64,000 bases of DNA from Octopus sinensis (GCF_006345805.1 NC_042997.1:118048001-118112000), one strand, 5' to 3'; shown: positions 1 to 14,103, counted from the stretch's first letter. The notes: a model not told the origin generated them from the sequence alone. Translations and numbers: made by a program.

Positions 1-246
1 GCTGATCCCTGCTGTATTCTTTCACCACAACTTTCTCTCACTCTTACTTCATGTTTCTGTTGTACCTGTATTTCAAAGGGCCGGCCTTGTCACTCTCTGT
101 GTCACGCTGAATATCCCCGGGAACTACGTTAAGGGTACACGTGTCTGTGGAGTGCTCAGCCACTCACATGTCAATTTCACGAGCAGGCTGTTCCGTTGAT
201 CGAATCAACCGGAACCCTCGTCGTCGTAACCGTCGGAGTGCTTCCA
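1..246 (+). mobile_element. SINE-like repeat, 3' part (cut by window start)
   Basis: ttcaccacaactttctctcactctt (about 20-45) matches the body of the SINE-C copy at about 54121-54150; GC-balanced island ending in a microsatellite. Confidence 0.5.
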
Positions 247-368
247 TGTGTGTATGTATATGTGTATGTGTGTGTATGTGTATGTGTGTGTATGTGTATG
301 TGTGTGTGTGTATGTGTGTGTGTGTGTATGTATGTATGTGTATGTATGTATGAATGTATATATGTGTA

Positions 369-751
369 TCTCTCTCTATATAAACGGCAGTTTGTCTGTG
401 TGCGTGTCTGTGTGTCTGTTAGGTTGTACCCTCACCCTGACCACGACTTTCAACCGATTCTGATGAAACTTAACACACACATAGCCCAATGTCATAATTC
501 AAAACTAACGCAGCGAAAATTTTGAAAAGTTCCCCCAGTTCTGAAAAAAATCGATAAATTCGACATGGGATCGAGAATCAGAAACACAAACCACAGACTG
601 TCTAGGGGACGCAACTCGACCTTTTTAACTCTCAAAAAATTTACCATCATTTTTTTCCCCATTGTTTTGCTATTTTTTGGCTATAACTCTCTAAAAATCC
701 TTTATAGTTAATTCCCTTACAAACCCGAGCAACGCCGGGCGATACTGCTTG
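369..751 (+). mobile_element. Non-autonomous Helitron
   Basis: A|TCTCTCTCTATATAAAC 5' end; 3' hairpin CCCGAGCAACGCCGGG then CTTG|T (CTAG variant); A-T insertion site; same 3' end as 22630-23146. Confidence 0.75.
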
Positions 752-755
752 TATG

Positions 756-794
<39 letters not shown>

Positions 795-1010
795 GTTATA
801 TATGTATGTATATTTGTGTATATATGTATGTATATTTATGTATATATGTATTTATATATATGTATGTTTATGTGCATATGTATATATATATATATGTATG
901 TATGTATGTAGATGTATATATGTATGTATGCATGTATATGTGTATATATGTATGTATGTAGATGTATGTGTATATATGTATGTATGTAGATGTATATGTA
1001 TATGTGTATG
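752..1010. repeat. (TA)/(TATG) microsatellite
   Basis: Direct inspection. Confidence 0.95.
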
Positions 1011-1374
1011 TGTCTTCTGCTATAGCCCCGGACCGACCAATGCCTTGTGAGTGAATTTGGTAGATGGAAACTGAAAGAAGCCTGTCGTATATATGTGTAT
1101 ATATATATATATGTGTTTGTGTGTCGTATATATGTTATATATATATATATATATATATGTGTGTTTGTGTGTCTGTGTTTGTCCCCCTAGCATTGCTTGA
1201 CAACCGATGGTGGTGTGTTTATGTCCCCGTTACTTAGCGGTTCGGCAAAAGAGACCGATAGAATAAGTACTGGGCTTGCAAAAGAATAAGTCCTGGGGTC
1301 GAGTTGCTCGATTAAAAGGCGGTGCTCCAGCATGGCCGCAGTCAAATGACTGAAACAGGTAAAAGAGTAAAAGA
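1011..1374 (+). mobile_element. SINE-A, 5'-truncated, with internal microsatellite
   Basis: Matches the full copy at 57104-57515; tail GGCGGTGCTCCAGCATGGCCGCAGTCAAATGACTGAAAC. Confidence 0.85.
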
Positions 1375-1388
1375 GATATATTTGTATG

Positions 1389-1440
<52 letters not shown>

Positions 1441-1441
<1 letters not shown>

Positions 1442-2537
1442 GAGGGGCGTTCAATAAGTAATGCCCCTGACCCACTTCCCATAGCAGTAGAGCAACGAAA
1501 CTTGGCACAGCTATTAGTCTTTTTCTACCTAGGAACCACCCATAGTTACGCATTTCTCCCATTGTTTGATGCAGCTCTGGAGACCGTTTTTGTAGAAGAC
1601 CCCAGCTTGGTCCTCCAACCTCAACGTGACTTCAGAAACCAAGGCTGCATCATCTGGGAAACGCTTTCCTTTCAAAAACAACTTCATGACTGGGAAGAGG
1701 TGAAAATCAGAGGGTGCAAGGTCAGGAAAGTAGGGGGATGGGGGCGGAGTTCATAGCCGCACACCTGTGCTTCTGATCTGGCGACACGCGAGTTGTGGAC
1801 CGGAGCGTTGTCCTTGCCTTCATTGGAGGGGGTGAGTCACGGTGCTTCCACTGCATTGACTAGGCTTTGGTCTCTGGATCATCGTGATGGACCCAGGTTT
1901 CATCCTGTGTAATCAGTCTTTTGAAAAATTTTGACTCATCTTCTTGGCACATCTCCAAATTCACCCTCGAGCACTCGGCGCGTTCTTGCTTCTGGAAAGG
2001 CGTGAGCAACCTGGGCATCCATCTGGCAGACACCTTTTGCATATGCAAATGGTCATGAATGATAGTTTCCACAGACCCGGTACTAATCTTGATCTCATGG
2101 GCTATTTGGCGAATAGTTATGCGTCGATCTTCCAAAATGGCAGCCTCAACTTGACGGACAGATGCCTCATCAATGGCAGAAGGGGCGACCAGATCTGGGA
2201 GCTGTTTCCACAGAGTTCCGACCATGTTTGAATTCACGATGCGAGCGTTTTACAAGGTCATATGATGGGGCATCATCACCATAAGTTACTTTCATTTCAT
2301 CAAAGTCTCCCGTGGTGTGCGTCCTTTCAAATACAAAACCGGATCACTGTTCGACACTCAACAGGCTCCATTTCACACTTGACTCGGTTCAAACACCTGT
2401 AAATCAGAAACCACAATTAATTCAGAGCTGTAATTTGCCACTTACTCTATAGAGATATAAATGATTGCACATGCAAAATTTCAGCTAGATCAAATAAATG
2501 CAAGTGGGTCAGAGGCATTACTTATTGAACGTCCCTC

Positions 2538-2538
<1 letters not shown>
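1441..2538 (-). mobile_element. Mariner (Tc1/mariner) element, internally deleted, inserted in (TA)n
   Basis: TIRs CGAGGGGCGTTCAATAAGTAATGCC / GGCATTACTTATTGAACGTCCCTCG with TA flanks; ORF 1860-2237 has HTH region, SARWMPRLL (WVPHEL-like) and ITQDETWVH; remainder of the catalytic domain is deleted or frameshifted. Confidence 0.92.
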
Positions 2539-2572
<34 letters not shown>

Positions 2573-2574
<2 letters not shown>

Positions 2575-4925
2575 TTAAGTTTCAGCTCAGCCTGCGGCCA
2601 TGCTGATGCATCGCCGTTTTGCGCTACACTGTTATTACTAGGAACCTCCTCTAATATGTGGCACCTGATGAAGAATAGAGTTTTATATAGCTACCCTCAT
2701 TTGCACCTCTTGCCGTGAGGTAGGCTCATCTGGGACTGTCGACAAGAAGAGATCCAGCTTTGATTTAAAAACCCCTACATCTACTTTGTGCAAGTTCCTC
2801 AGACTCTTTGGGAGAATATTAAAAAGCTGTGGGCCCTTGAAACCTAGGCTGTTACAGTAACTGGTCCTGAAGCGTGATAGCATTGCTGGGATCTTTGGCA
2901 ACATGCAGTGTCGTCCCTTTCTGGCATTGGTGTAGCTTACAATGCCAAAATTTGGCACAATTCCTCCCAGGATCTTCCAGATGTATATTACTGCCTACCT
3001 CTCCCGTCTTCTCTCCAGGGAGTAGAGTCTTAGCTGTTTCAACCTTTCCCAGTAGCTGAGCTGTTGCAAAGAGACGATCTTCTTTGTAAATTTTCTCTGG
3101 ATTGCTTCAAGGTCCGCTGTTAATCTCACACTGGTGGGTGACCATAGCTGTGAGCAGTAATCCAGGCGGCTGAGGACGAATGTCCGCCAGAGGACCATCA
3201 TGGTTTCCTTATCTCTGGTTCTGAATGTTCTTAGGATCCATCCATCCAGTCGTCTGCACTTTGTCGCCATCCTGGTAATGTGCAGTTGGAAAGCGGTATC
3301 ATCACTCATGTCGATACCCAGGTCCCTCACTGACTTAGGCTCTGGGATTGAAATTCCATGTGGACCGGTTTACCATGTAGGTTTAATATTCAGTTTTGGA
3401 TGCTGGTAGCGCAAGGCCTGGAATTTTTCAGCATTAACCTGCATATTATTATCCTCAGCCCATCTGTAAATTGAGTCCAAATCGTTCAGCAGGTGTGCAA
3501 CATCGCTGGGGTTCTGTATTTTCTGTGAGACTTTCGTATCATCTACATAGCTTGCCAGAGTGGCTATCCGGGCATTTGAGGGCATATCTGAGAGGGCCAC
3601 TATAAAAAGCAGTGATCACAAGACAGTGCCCTGTGGATCACCGCTCACTATTTGTGTGTTCATTGAGGTGGCTCCATTAGCCACTACTGCCTGACTCCTA
3701 TCTTTCAGGAAGTCATGTAACCACACTCCAAGTTTTCCAGCTATGCCGAGGTCACGCAGTTTGTGGCATATCATACCATGATTCACCTTGTCAAAAGCTT
3801 TTGCAAAATCAAGGTATATTACATCCACATTTGATTTGTTGAGTAACTGCCTCAACACCCAGTCATAATGTTGTAAGAGCTGAGTCAGGCAGCTCCTACC
3901 TGGTCGAAAACCATGTTGGGTATCACTTAGCAAGTTATTTTCTTCAAGGAATGCGATTAATTTCCCTCTGACTATCCGTTCCATGACATTGCTGATGTGT
4001 GAAGTCAGAGAGATAGGCCTATAGTTTTTGGCATCTGCTCTACTTCCCCCTTTATGTATTGGGCATATTATTCCCTCCTTCAGCTTGCTTGGCAGTTTGC
4101 CATTTGTAAGAATGTTCAGGAAGAGAATCTTGAGGGGTTTTGCCAGGGCATGTTTACACGCTTTGAGGTGGATTGCTGGGAAACCGCCAGGACCAGCAGT
4201 TGAGTTTGTGTCCACTTCATCTATGGCTAGTAGTATATCTTCTTCGATAATGTCAATGTATTCCATTGTAACTGCCTCGCTGGTCATAGGTGAGGCGGCA
4301 AAGAAGTCCACTGGTTCGTTCACTTGTCTGTGTTCCAACGGGGTGGTAAAGACACTTTTGAACTGGTCATTCAGTATCTCATTGATCTTCGTTGGACTGT
4401 CTGTGAGGGATCCATCCTTTTCGATGAGGGGACCTATCTTGTAGTGCACTGAGGCTGTTTCTTTCGCGTAATGAAAGAAGGCCTTTGGGTTTGACTTAAT
4501 GTTTTTTATAACCCAGGCTTCTTTGTCTGCTTTCTCCCTCACATAGGATTGTTGCAGCCTTTTTTCGATCTCTATCAGTGTTGTTTTTAGGCAGGACGTT
4601 TCGCTACTTTTGGGATGTTGGTTGAGTCGATTTGCAACCTTCGTCCGTCGTCTCACGAGGATCTTCCTATCTCTTGGAATCTTACTCCTATTTGTTTTGG
4701 TCTTGTGCTCCGGGACGTATTTCTGGCATATGGCTTGCACAGAAGACATGAAACATTCTAGTTTCATGTCAATGTCTGGTGTGGAGAGAAATTTCGGCCA
4801 GTCCTCTCTGAGGATCTCTTTTTAGATTGATTTCCAATCTGCTTTGTGGAAGTTCAGATTGGAGAGATTTCGGGTGCTTCCTTTAGGCTGTATGTCTCTG
4901 GTTACTTTCGGCTCAAGCATAGACA
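2573..4925 (-). mobile_element. CR1-clade LINE, 5'-truncated ORF2 pseudogene with intact 3' end
   Basis: NYRPISLTS, QHGFRPGRSC, YLDFAKAFDKV, SGDPQGTVL*, YVDDTK, LYSLERRRER across ORFs 3616-4767, 3370-3600, 2995-3330 and 2683-2958; stops and frameshifts. Confidence 0.92.
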
Positions 4926-4926
4926 G

Positions 4927-4929
<3 letters not shown>

Positions 4930-5004
<75 letters not shown>

Positions 5005-6746
5005 ATGTATGTTATGTATGTATGTTATGTATGTATGTATGTATGTATGTATGTATGTATTGTATGTATGTATGTATGTATGTATGTATGTATGTATTAT
5101 GTATGTATGTATGTATGTATGTATGTATGTATGTATGTATGTATGTATTTGTATGTAGTATGTATTATGTAGTATGTATGTAATGTATGTATGTATGTAT
5201 GTATGTATGTATGTATGTATGTATGTATGTATGTATGTATGTTATATATGTATGTATGTATGTATGTATATATATATATATGTATGTATATATATATATG
5301 TATGTATATATATATAATAATGTATATATTATATGTATGTATGTATGTATATATATATATATGTATGTATTTTATATATATATATATGTATGTATATATA
5401 TATTATATATGTATGTATATATATATATGTATGTATGTATATATATATGTATGTATGTATATATTGTATGTATGTATGTATATATATATATGATGTATGT
5501 ATGTATGTATGTATAAGTATATATAATTATGTATGTATAATATATTTATGTATATATATATATATGTATGTATATATATATATATGTATATATATATATG
5601 TATGTAATATATATGTATGTATATAGATATGAGTATATATATATATATGTATGTATATTATATATATATGTATGTATATATATGTTTTATATATATATAT
5701 GTAAGTATATATATATATATGTATGTATATATATGGTATATATATATATGTATGTAATATATATGTATGTATATATATATTATGTATATATATATGTATG
5801 TATATATATATGTATGTATGTATATATATATGTATATATATATGTATGTATATATAATATGTATATATATATGTATATATATATATTGTATAATATATGT
5901 TATATATATATTGTATTATGTATTATATATATATGTATGTATATATATATATGTATGTATGTATATAGTATGTTGTTATATATGTATGTATGTATATATG
6001 TATGTATGTATATATATATGTATTTATATATATATTATGTATATATATATGTATGTATATATATATGTAGTATGATATATAATGTATGTATGTATATATA
6101 TATGTATATATATATATATGTATGTATGTTGTATGTATGTATGGTTTGTATGTATGTATGTATATATGTATGTATATATATATTATGTATGTTATATATA
6201 TATATTGTATATATATTGTATATATATATATATGTATTGTATGTTTGTATGTATGTATGTATATATGTATGTATATATATATAGTATGTATGTATATATA
6301 TATATATGTATGTATTATATAGTATGTATATATATATGTATGTATATATAGATATTGTATTATATATATATATGTAGTATATATATATGTATGTATATAT
6401 ATATGTATGTATAATATATTATATGTATATATATATAATATTGTATGTATATATAGATGTTATGTATATATATATGTATGTTATATATATATTATGTTAT
6501 ATATATGTATGTAGTATATATATATGTATGTATATAATATATGTATGTATATATATATATATTATGTACTATATATATATATTATGTATATATATATATG
6601 TATGTATATATATATGTCTTATGTATATATAGAGTATATATATAGTATATATATATATATGTCTATGTATATAATATATATGTCTATGTATATATATATA
6701 TATGTCTATGTATGTATATGTATATATAGGTATATGTATATATAGT

Positions 6747-6782
<36 letters not shown>

Positions 6783-6901
6783 ATAATAATATAGGTATAT
6801 GTAATATATAGGTATATGTAATATAGGTATATGTATATAGGTATATATATATATATATATATATATAGGTATATGTATATATAGGTATATGTATATATAG
6901 G

Positions 6902-6932
<31 letters not shown>

Positions 6933-7954
6933 ATATATATATATGGTATGTATATATATATAGTATGTGTATATATATATATATGTATGTATAATATATA
7001 TATTATGTATATATATATTATGTAGTTATATATATATGTATGTATATATATATATATATCTATGTATGTATATGTATGTATATATATATATGTCTATGTA
7101 TGTATATGTATGTATATATATATATGTCTATGTATGTATATGTATGTATATATATATATGTCTATGTATGTATATGTATGTATATATATATATGTCTATG
7201 TATGTATATGTATGTATATATATATATGTCTATGTATGTATATGTGTATATATATATAGTCTATTTGTATAGTATGTATATATATATTGTCTATGTATGT
7301 ATATGTATGTATATATATATATGTCTATGTATGTATATGTATGTATATATATATAATGTCTATGTATGTATATGTATGTATATTATATATCTTGTCTATG
7401 TATGTATATGTATGTATATATATATGTCTATGTATGTATAATAATATATTGTATATGTATGTATATTATATATGTATAGTGTATGTAATATATATAGTCA
7501 TGTATGTATATATATATGTCTATGTATGTATATATATATGTCTATGTATGTTATATATATGTCTATGTATGTATATGTATGTATATATATATATGTCTAT
7601 GTATGTATATGTATATATAGGTATATATATAGATATATATATATGTCTATGTATGTAATGTGATATAGGTATATATATATATATATATATATGTCTATGT
7701 TGTATATGTATATATAAGTATATATATATATATATATATATATGTCTATGTATGTATATGTATATATAGGTATATATATATATATATATGTCTATGTATG
7801 TATATGTATATATAGGTATATATATATATATATATGTCTATGTATGTATATGTATATATAGGTATATATATATATATATATGTCTATGTATGTATATGTA
7901 TATATAGGTATATTATATAGATATATGTCTATGTATGTATATGTTATATATAGG

Positions 7955-7990
<36 letters not shown>

Positions 7991-9090
7991 ATGTATATAT
8001 AGGTATATATCTATATATATATATATAATATATATATATATATGTATATATATGTATATATATATATATGTATATATAGGTATATATATATATATATATA
8101 TAATGTATATATAGGTATATATATATATATATGTATATGTATATATAGGTATATATATATATATATGTATATGTATAATAGGATATATATATATATATGT
8201 ATATGTATATATAGGTAATATATATATATGTTATGTATATATAGGTATATATATATATGTATATGTATATATAGTATATATATATATATTATATGTTATA
8301 TAGGTATATATATATATATATGTATATGTATATATTATATATATATATATATGTATATGTATATATAGGTATATATATATATATATAAGTATATATAGGT
8401 ATATATATATATATATGTATATGTAATATGGTATATATATATATATATGTATATGTATATATAGGTATAATATATATATGTATATGTATATATAGGTATA
8501 TATATATATATATGTATAGTATATATAGGTATTATATATATATATTGTATATGTATATATAGTATATGTATATATAGGTATATCTATATATATATATGTA
8601 TATATAGGTCTATATATAATATAATTTATATATATTATAGGTATATATATATATATATGTATATGTATATATAGGTATATATATATATATATATGTATAT
8701 GTATATATGGTAATATATATATATATATGTATATGTATATATAGGTATAATATAGTATATATATGTATATGTATTATAGGTATATATATATATATATATG
8801 TATATGTATCTATAGGTATATAATATATATATATATGTATATGTAATAGGTATATATATATATATATTATGTATATGTATATATAGGTATATATTATATA
8901 TATATATATGTTATGTTTATATATAGGTAATATATAGGTATATGTATATATAGTATATGTATGTATCTGTATATATAGGTATATATATATATATTATTAT
9001 GTATATGTATATATGGTATATATAGGTATATGTTATATATAGGTATATGTATATATATTATATATATATATATATTATATATATATATGA
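4930..9090. repeat. About 4.2 kb TA/TATG low-complexity array with minisatellite sub-blocks
   Basis: Almost only T/A/G; recurring GTCTATGTATGTATATGTATGTATATATATATAT and AGGTATATAT...GTATATGTATATAT units. Confidence 0.95.
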
Positions 9091-9529
9091 GTATTATGTG
9101 AACGATGAAGGGGAAAATAGGAAAGCTTCTGACAATGCGGCAGGTTTCACAAAACCTTTGTTTCTGGTGCAAAGGCCATCCTCAGAAGAAAAAACAGTCT
9201 GGGAGATGTCTATTTAAAAGGTCCCGTTAACCCATTCAAATCCCTTAGCGTTATCTTAGCAGCAGAAGTCATCCTCTATATTCGTCTAACCGAAGCATCT
9301 ACTCACAGTGAGTTCTCTTCTCGGTTGAATTAGAAATCATGGCTGAAAGCAATGTTTATGAGCAGACTACATTTCTAGAGACTCCAGTGTCTACCTCACA
9401 GATCTCAGTGAACACTGACTGCACCAACAATTTCCTTGTGCAACTCTGTCACCAGATATACAGATGCCACAAAATATATCTGGTTGTATCTGCGGCTTTT
9501 GCTGTTGAGCGTAGCGGTCTTCGTCCAGT

Positions 9530-9862
9530 GGGAGAAGTCCGAAACGTGGTCCTTTGCTATTCGTAAGACCTGCAGAAGAGAAAGCAGGTCAACTCCCGAC
9601 ACCGAGAGCATCGACGGATGGATGAAAGCGCATCCAGGCTCAACGGTTGCGTAGGAAGTCGGGGGCAAGAAACAGGAAAAAGAGTGAGAGAAAGTTGGAG
9701 CGAAAGCGTACAACAAGGGTCGCCACCACCCCCTGTCGGAGCCTCGTGGAACTTTAGGTGTTTTCGCTCAATAAACACACACAACGCCCGGTCTGGGAAT
9801 CGAAACCGCGATCCTCCGACCGCGAGTCCGCTGCCCTAACTATTGGGCCATTACGCCTCCAC
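9530..9862 (-). mobile_element. tRNA-derived SINE (SINE-C related head)
   Basis: Reverse complement begins GTGGAGGCGTAATGGCCCAATAGTTAGGGCAGCGGACTCGCGG...GGTTTCGATTCCC with pol III A/B-box-like motifs. Confidence 0.8.
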
Positions 9863-10467
9863 TTGTGTCTGCTGCAGCTCGCGACTGTATAAACACATAA
9901 AGCAATTATCAAAAGCTGTGTTACCAAGTTATATTCGCTTGAGAGTGACGGCAGCAGCACTATATTATAAAGTAAATTATATTTATTCATTTCCTCCAAA
10001 TATATTTATACTTTGCTTTATCTTCATTCTGTTTCGTACTTTCCATACATTAAACAATAATTTTAAAACAACTCTATAATTCTTCTAGCAAATAAAATCA
10101 GTTTTTATGATCGTTTTATCGATCTCAGTAGAGTCATTTTTGTTTTTGAATAGCTCAATGTTACGTCGTTAAAACAAAACAAAACAAAACAAAACGTGAC
10201 TACTTTTGCTTAACTCAACACAAATGCAAACCAGGCTTTCAGCTTCAAACGCCCCTACAAACTAAACACAAAACTCTAGTTTTTAAAGGAGAGATAAGTG
10301 TGTATTTTTAAAATTTATTTCGAATTATTGTCTAACTTTTTCTTAGCTCGTGATTTGTAAATAATCGACAAATAATAGGAATTACAACAGTCTGAGAGCT
10401 TTCGATATCCAGAACGGTATAACTTAACATGATTTTGAAGATAAAATAATAGGAAACGGTTACTTAC

Positions 10468-10567
10468 TAATAGTGCCTTTTCTCCGTATTCGTTTAAGAT
10501 CTTAATCAACTGTAATGTATCAGATTCATTTAACTGTAATGGGGCCATGACGTTTGTTGCGGAGGTA
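10468..10567 (-). CDS. Candidate exon of an unknown gene (TSATNVMAPLQLNESDTLQLIKILNEYGEKALL)
   Basis: T-rich acceptor TTTTATTTTAACGATTCCAG and donor TTA|GTAAGT around an open frame in non-repeat sequence; no homology recognised. Confidence 0.3.
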
Positions 10568-11005
10568 CTGGAATCGTTAAAATAAAATAAATTAAAAAAG
10601 TGCCGGCAGTTTATTTCAATTAATACAGTTAAATTTCCACATCGATTTGTTTCACAACTTTCTTTAATTTAAGAAAGAAATGACGAGACTTTAGCTGTTT
10701 AAGTTTGATAATATAATAAGTACACCGCGTAACTTATAACTTCGAAGTGGGTTACTAAGGATTGTAGTGACAGCAGAGGTCGGCTAGGGTTAGATAACAG
10801 CTTGTATTTACTAAAGTCTCGTGATAATCATTAAAGGCTATCAGTAAACAACTTAGTTTTCAATTAAATGAAGTTGGTGAAAAATATCTTGTAAGAAACG
10901 GATATTGTATTGGCTGTTATTTTATAAAAGTTGAATTTACAATTATTATGCAGAACAATGCATCACTTTATATAAATGCAACGTAATGCATAATTTATAT
11001 AATAA

Positions 11006-11355
11006 TCTCTCTCTATATAAACGGCAAAATGTCTGTGTGTGTGTCCTTTATACAAATCCACAATTTTTCAGTTAGAGGGCTCGTACTTTCTATGGTCATT
11101 CAAAACCATCCAAGGGTGGTCATGCACATCTTTACATTTCCCTATTCGCCCCGCAAAGCCATTAAAAATCAATAGAAGTGACTTTTTTGTGAATTTTCTA
11201 TCCAAAACCCAGTCAAAATGCCCGAAACTTGATACGCCAATTGAATGCCAGCTAGCTGTATGTGATTGGTCGGAAATTTGGACAGTACTCGCGTGTATGT
11301 GCGCACGCACACACGCAGCTGTATATGCATGCACTATGCCGGGTCATAGTGCTAG
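11006..11355 (+). mobile_element. Non-autonomous Helitron
   Basis: A|TCTCTCTCTATATAAACGGC 5' end; 3' hairpin GCACTATG-CCGGGT-CATAGTGC ending CTAG|T. Confidence 0.8.
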
Positions 11356-11795
11356 TCATTGTTATAAAGATTCATAATACTAGTACAAAATGGCGTCTAT
11401 ATAAGCGAAGGGTGTAATCGATTGAAAAGGTAAGTATACAATTGGTCCTTATTTTTATCGAAAGGAGGACCCAGATGAATGAACAGCAAAATCACCCGAG
11501 CAGGACTAGTACTTAAAATATAGAGACGTAGCTATACACTGCCGGTAATTTAGTCCGGCGTTCTAACGTTTCTGACATTTATCACAAGCGGCGGCTTCCA
11601 TAAAGAAAATATGAGGACGTTGCAGGTATTACATTCGCTTTGTAATTACTTGGTTTCAGATGCAGACCCACTGCACAGCACCTCGGGCGAGTACCTTCTA
11701 TTGTCCAGAGTCGAACAATACTTTGTGAGTGAATTTCGTTGACAGAAACTGTGTGCAAGTCCGTCATACATACATACATACATACATGCATACAT

Positions 11796-12258
11796 ACAGC
11801 TGAAGATCAGTGCAAAAGAGAACATCTACGCTGAACTATTGAGAAATCTTCAATTACTCTATCCAGATTAGAAGTTCAGGTTTATACCTGTAATTATTGG
11901 GACCCTGAGGCATGAAACGCACTGCCTAAACACCAATCTTGAGAAATTACGCTTCTCAAAACCAGAAAATAGAAAGCTAATACAGAGACAACGGGTCCAA
12001 TCCATCACTGGAACTGTAAAAATATGTAAAACTTTCCTGACGTTTATCATTTAAATGTATATGTGCATGTCTAGACAAGTAACAATATGCATGAGAATAC
12101 ATACATAAAACATACAAATCTGCACATACATACATACATACATACATACATACAAAAATACAGTTGTTGATGTTGAAATTTCAATGAAGGAACTTGGATC
12201 TAGGTTAGAAACCTGTTCTTTCTCTATTGGCAAGAAATCTTGAAATAAACTGAATAAT
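11796..12258 (+). mobile_element. R4/Dong-type non-LTR retrotransposon, 3' end
   Basis: Encodes ENIYAELLRNLQLLYPD*KFRFIPVIIG...GTVKICKTFL (C-terminal restriction-like endonuclease region); highly similar to about 40095-40930. Confidence 0.8.
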
Positions 12259-12592
12259 GACACATACACACACACATACAGTGTGCGTGTGCGCGTTTCG
12301 AACATTTTTTTTTGTCCGCCCACACTTTGATAATTGGGGTTGGTTTATTTACGTGTTATTCACTTTGGCGGTTGAGCAAAAGATAAGGATAGAGTAACTA
12401 TTAGACTGGGTTCGATTTGTTCGACTGAAACCCTTCACAGCGGTGCCCCAGCAGGATTATAATGCAATCAGTTAAACTAATATGAAAGTAAGAAATAATG
12501 AATTTTTAAACAAGTAAAATTCAAAGTTACTTATCAGTGTAACTGTCAAGTTTACAATCAACAAAAAGAATGGAACATGAAAACTGGCAACG

Positions 12593-13170
12593 TTTATTAC
12601 CTCCGCCTTTGCAAAGGAGGAGGTATTGTTTTCAGTCGTGTTTGTTTGTCCGTGGACAAGATATCTTAAGATCTGCTGGATTGTGTTTTCCTTCTCGAGC
12701 CACGCCTGGCTCATAAGGGTCGGTTTCCCGGTTTCCTTGGCGTATAGGTTCCCCACCTGGACGGGACGCCGGTCCGTCGCGGTGAGCTGCTAGATGCAGG
12801 AGGAAAGAGTCAGCAGAAGTTCGCCATTACCTTCTGCCGGAGCCGCGTGGAGCTTAGGCGTTTCGCTCATAAACACACACATCTCCCAGTCTGAGATTCG
12901 AATCCGCGATCCCTCGACCGCGAGTCCGCTGCTCTAACCACTAGGCCATGTGCCTCTATCGCTGGATGGATTCGGATGAAATTTTCAGGGATGTTTGGCC
13001 TCGAGACTGGCACGAACTGACTAGATTTTGGGATCGATCCGCTACCGGACAAGGATTCTGGATTATTTTTCCTTTTTTTTTTTAAATTTAACTTTTGAGA
13101 GCGGTTTGGTTCATTTTTATTATTCTCGTTTGTGAGAGCAGTCGAGTTTATTTCAGATATTCTCATTGAT
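12593..13170 (+). mobile_element. Helentron-associated (HINE/DINE-like) element, 3' end missing, interrupted by a SINE
   Basis: TTATTACCTCCGCC-TTTGCAAA-GGAGGAGGT terminal stem-loop, then TGTTTGTC microsatellite; same family as 15704-16072. Confidence 0.75.
12682..12956 (-). mobile_element. SINE-C (tRNA-derived) nested in the HINE
   Basis: Same family as 53968-54278; GCTGGAT duplicated at 12675-12681 and 12961-12967. Confidence 0.85.
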
Positions 13171-13534
13171 ATTATTATTGATAATATATAAATGATAAAC
13201 TTCATTTTAATCTTAAATGTCATTATCAGTTTGGAGAAGTAAAGTGCAGAGTAAATCAGTTCTCCAAACTAATGGATGATATTTTTTACTTTAATTTGTT
13301 CCATGAGCTTTTGGCTTTTCAAGTAATTTGAACATTTTTCGAACAATTGCTTAGGTTCCCTCTCAGAACACCTGCTCCGTTCCTTGAAAAATAACCGTAA
13401 TTCATTAATAGATGTACTCCTGAACATCAATGTATGTTACTGGTTATTTAGTGATCTTTTTGTCTATCCTTTTCTGCTTATCTTAATCTTACCCTCTTAG
13501 GCAAGATTAGGATAGTTCTTTTATTATTCTTTTA

Positions 13535-14103
<569 letters not shown>

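Noticed and set aside
459-475. CTGATGA motif
   Set aside because: Part of the Helitron body (CCGATTCTGATGAAACTT); no helix II or GAAA arrangement.
141-9172. Many ORFs rich in Y/I/M/C/V (and H/T, LSIY ORFs elsewhere)
   Set aside because: They are translations of TA, TATG, CA and TATC microsatellites, which lack stops in some frames.
9100-9530. ORF MAESNVYEQTT... and neighbouring frames
   Set aside because: No recognisable domain or splice structure; runs into a SINE; probably a decayed repeat.
11385-11437. CAAAATGGCG (YY1-like) followed by AAG|GTAAGT
   Set aside because: The ATG frame stops after four codons and nothing else supports a first exon.
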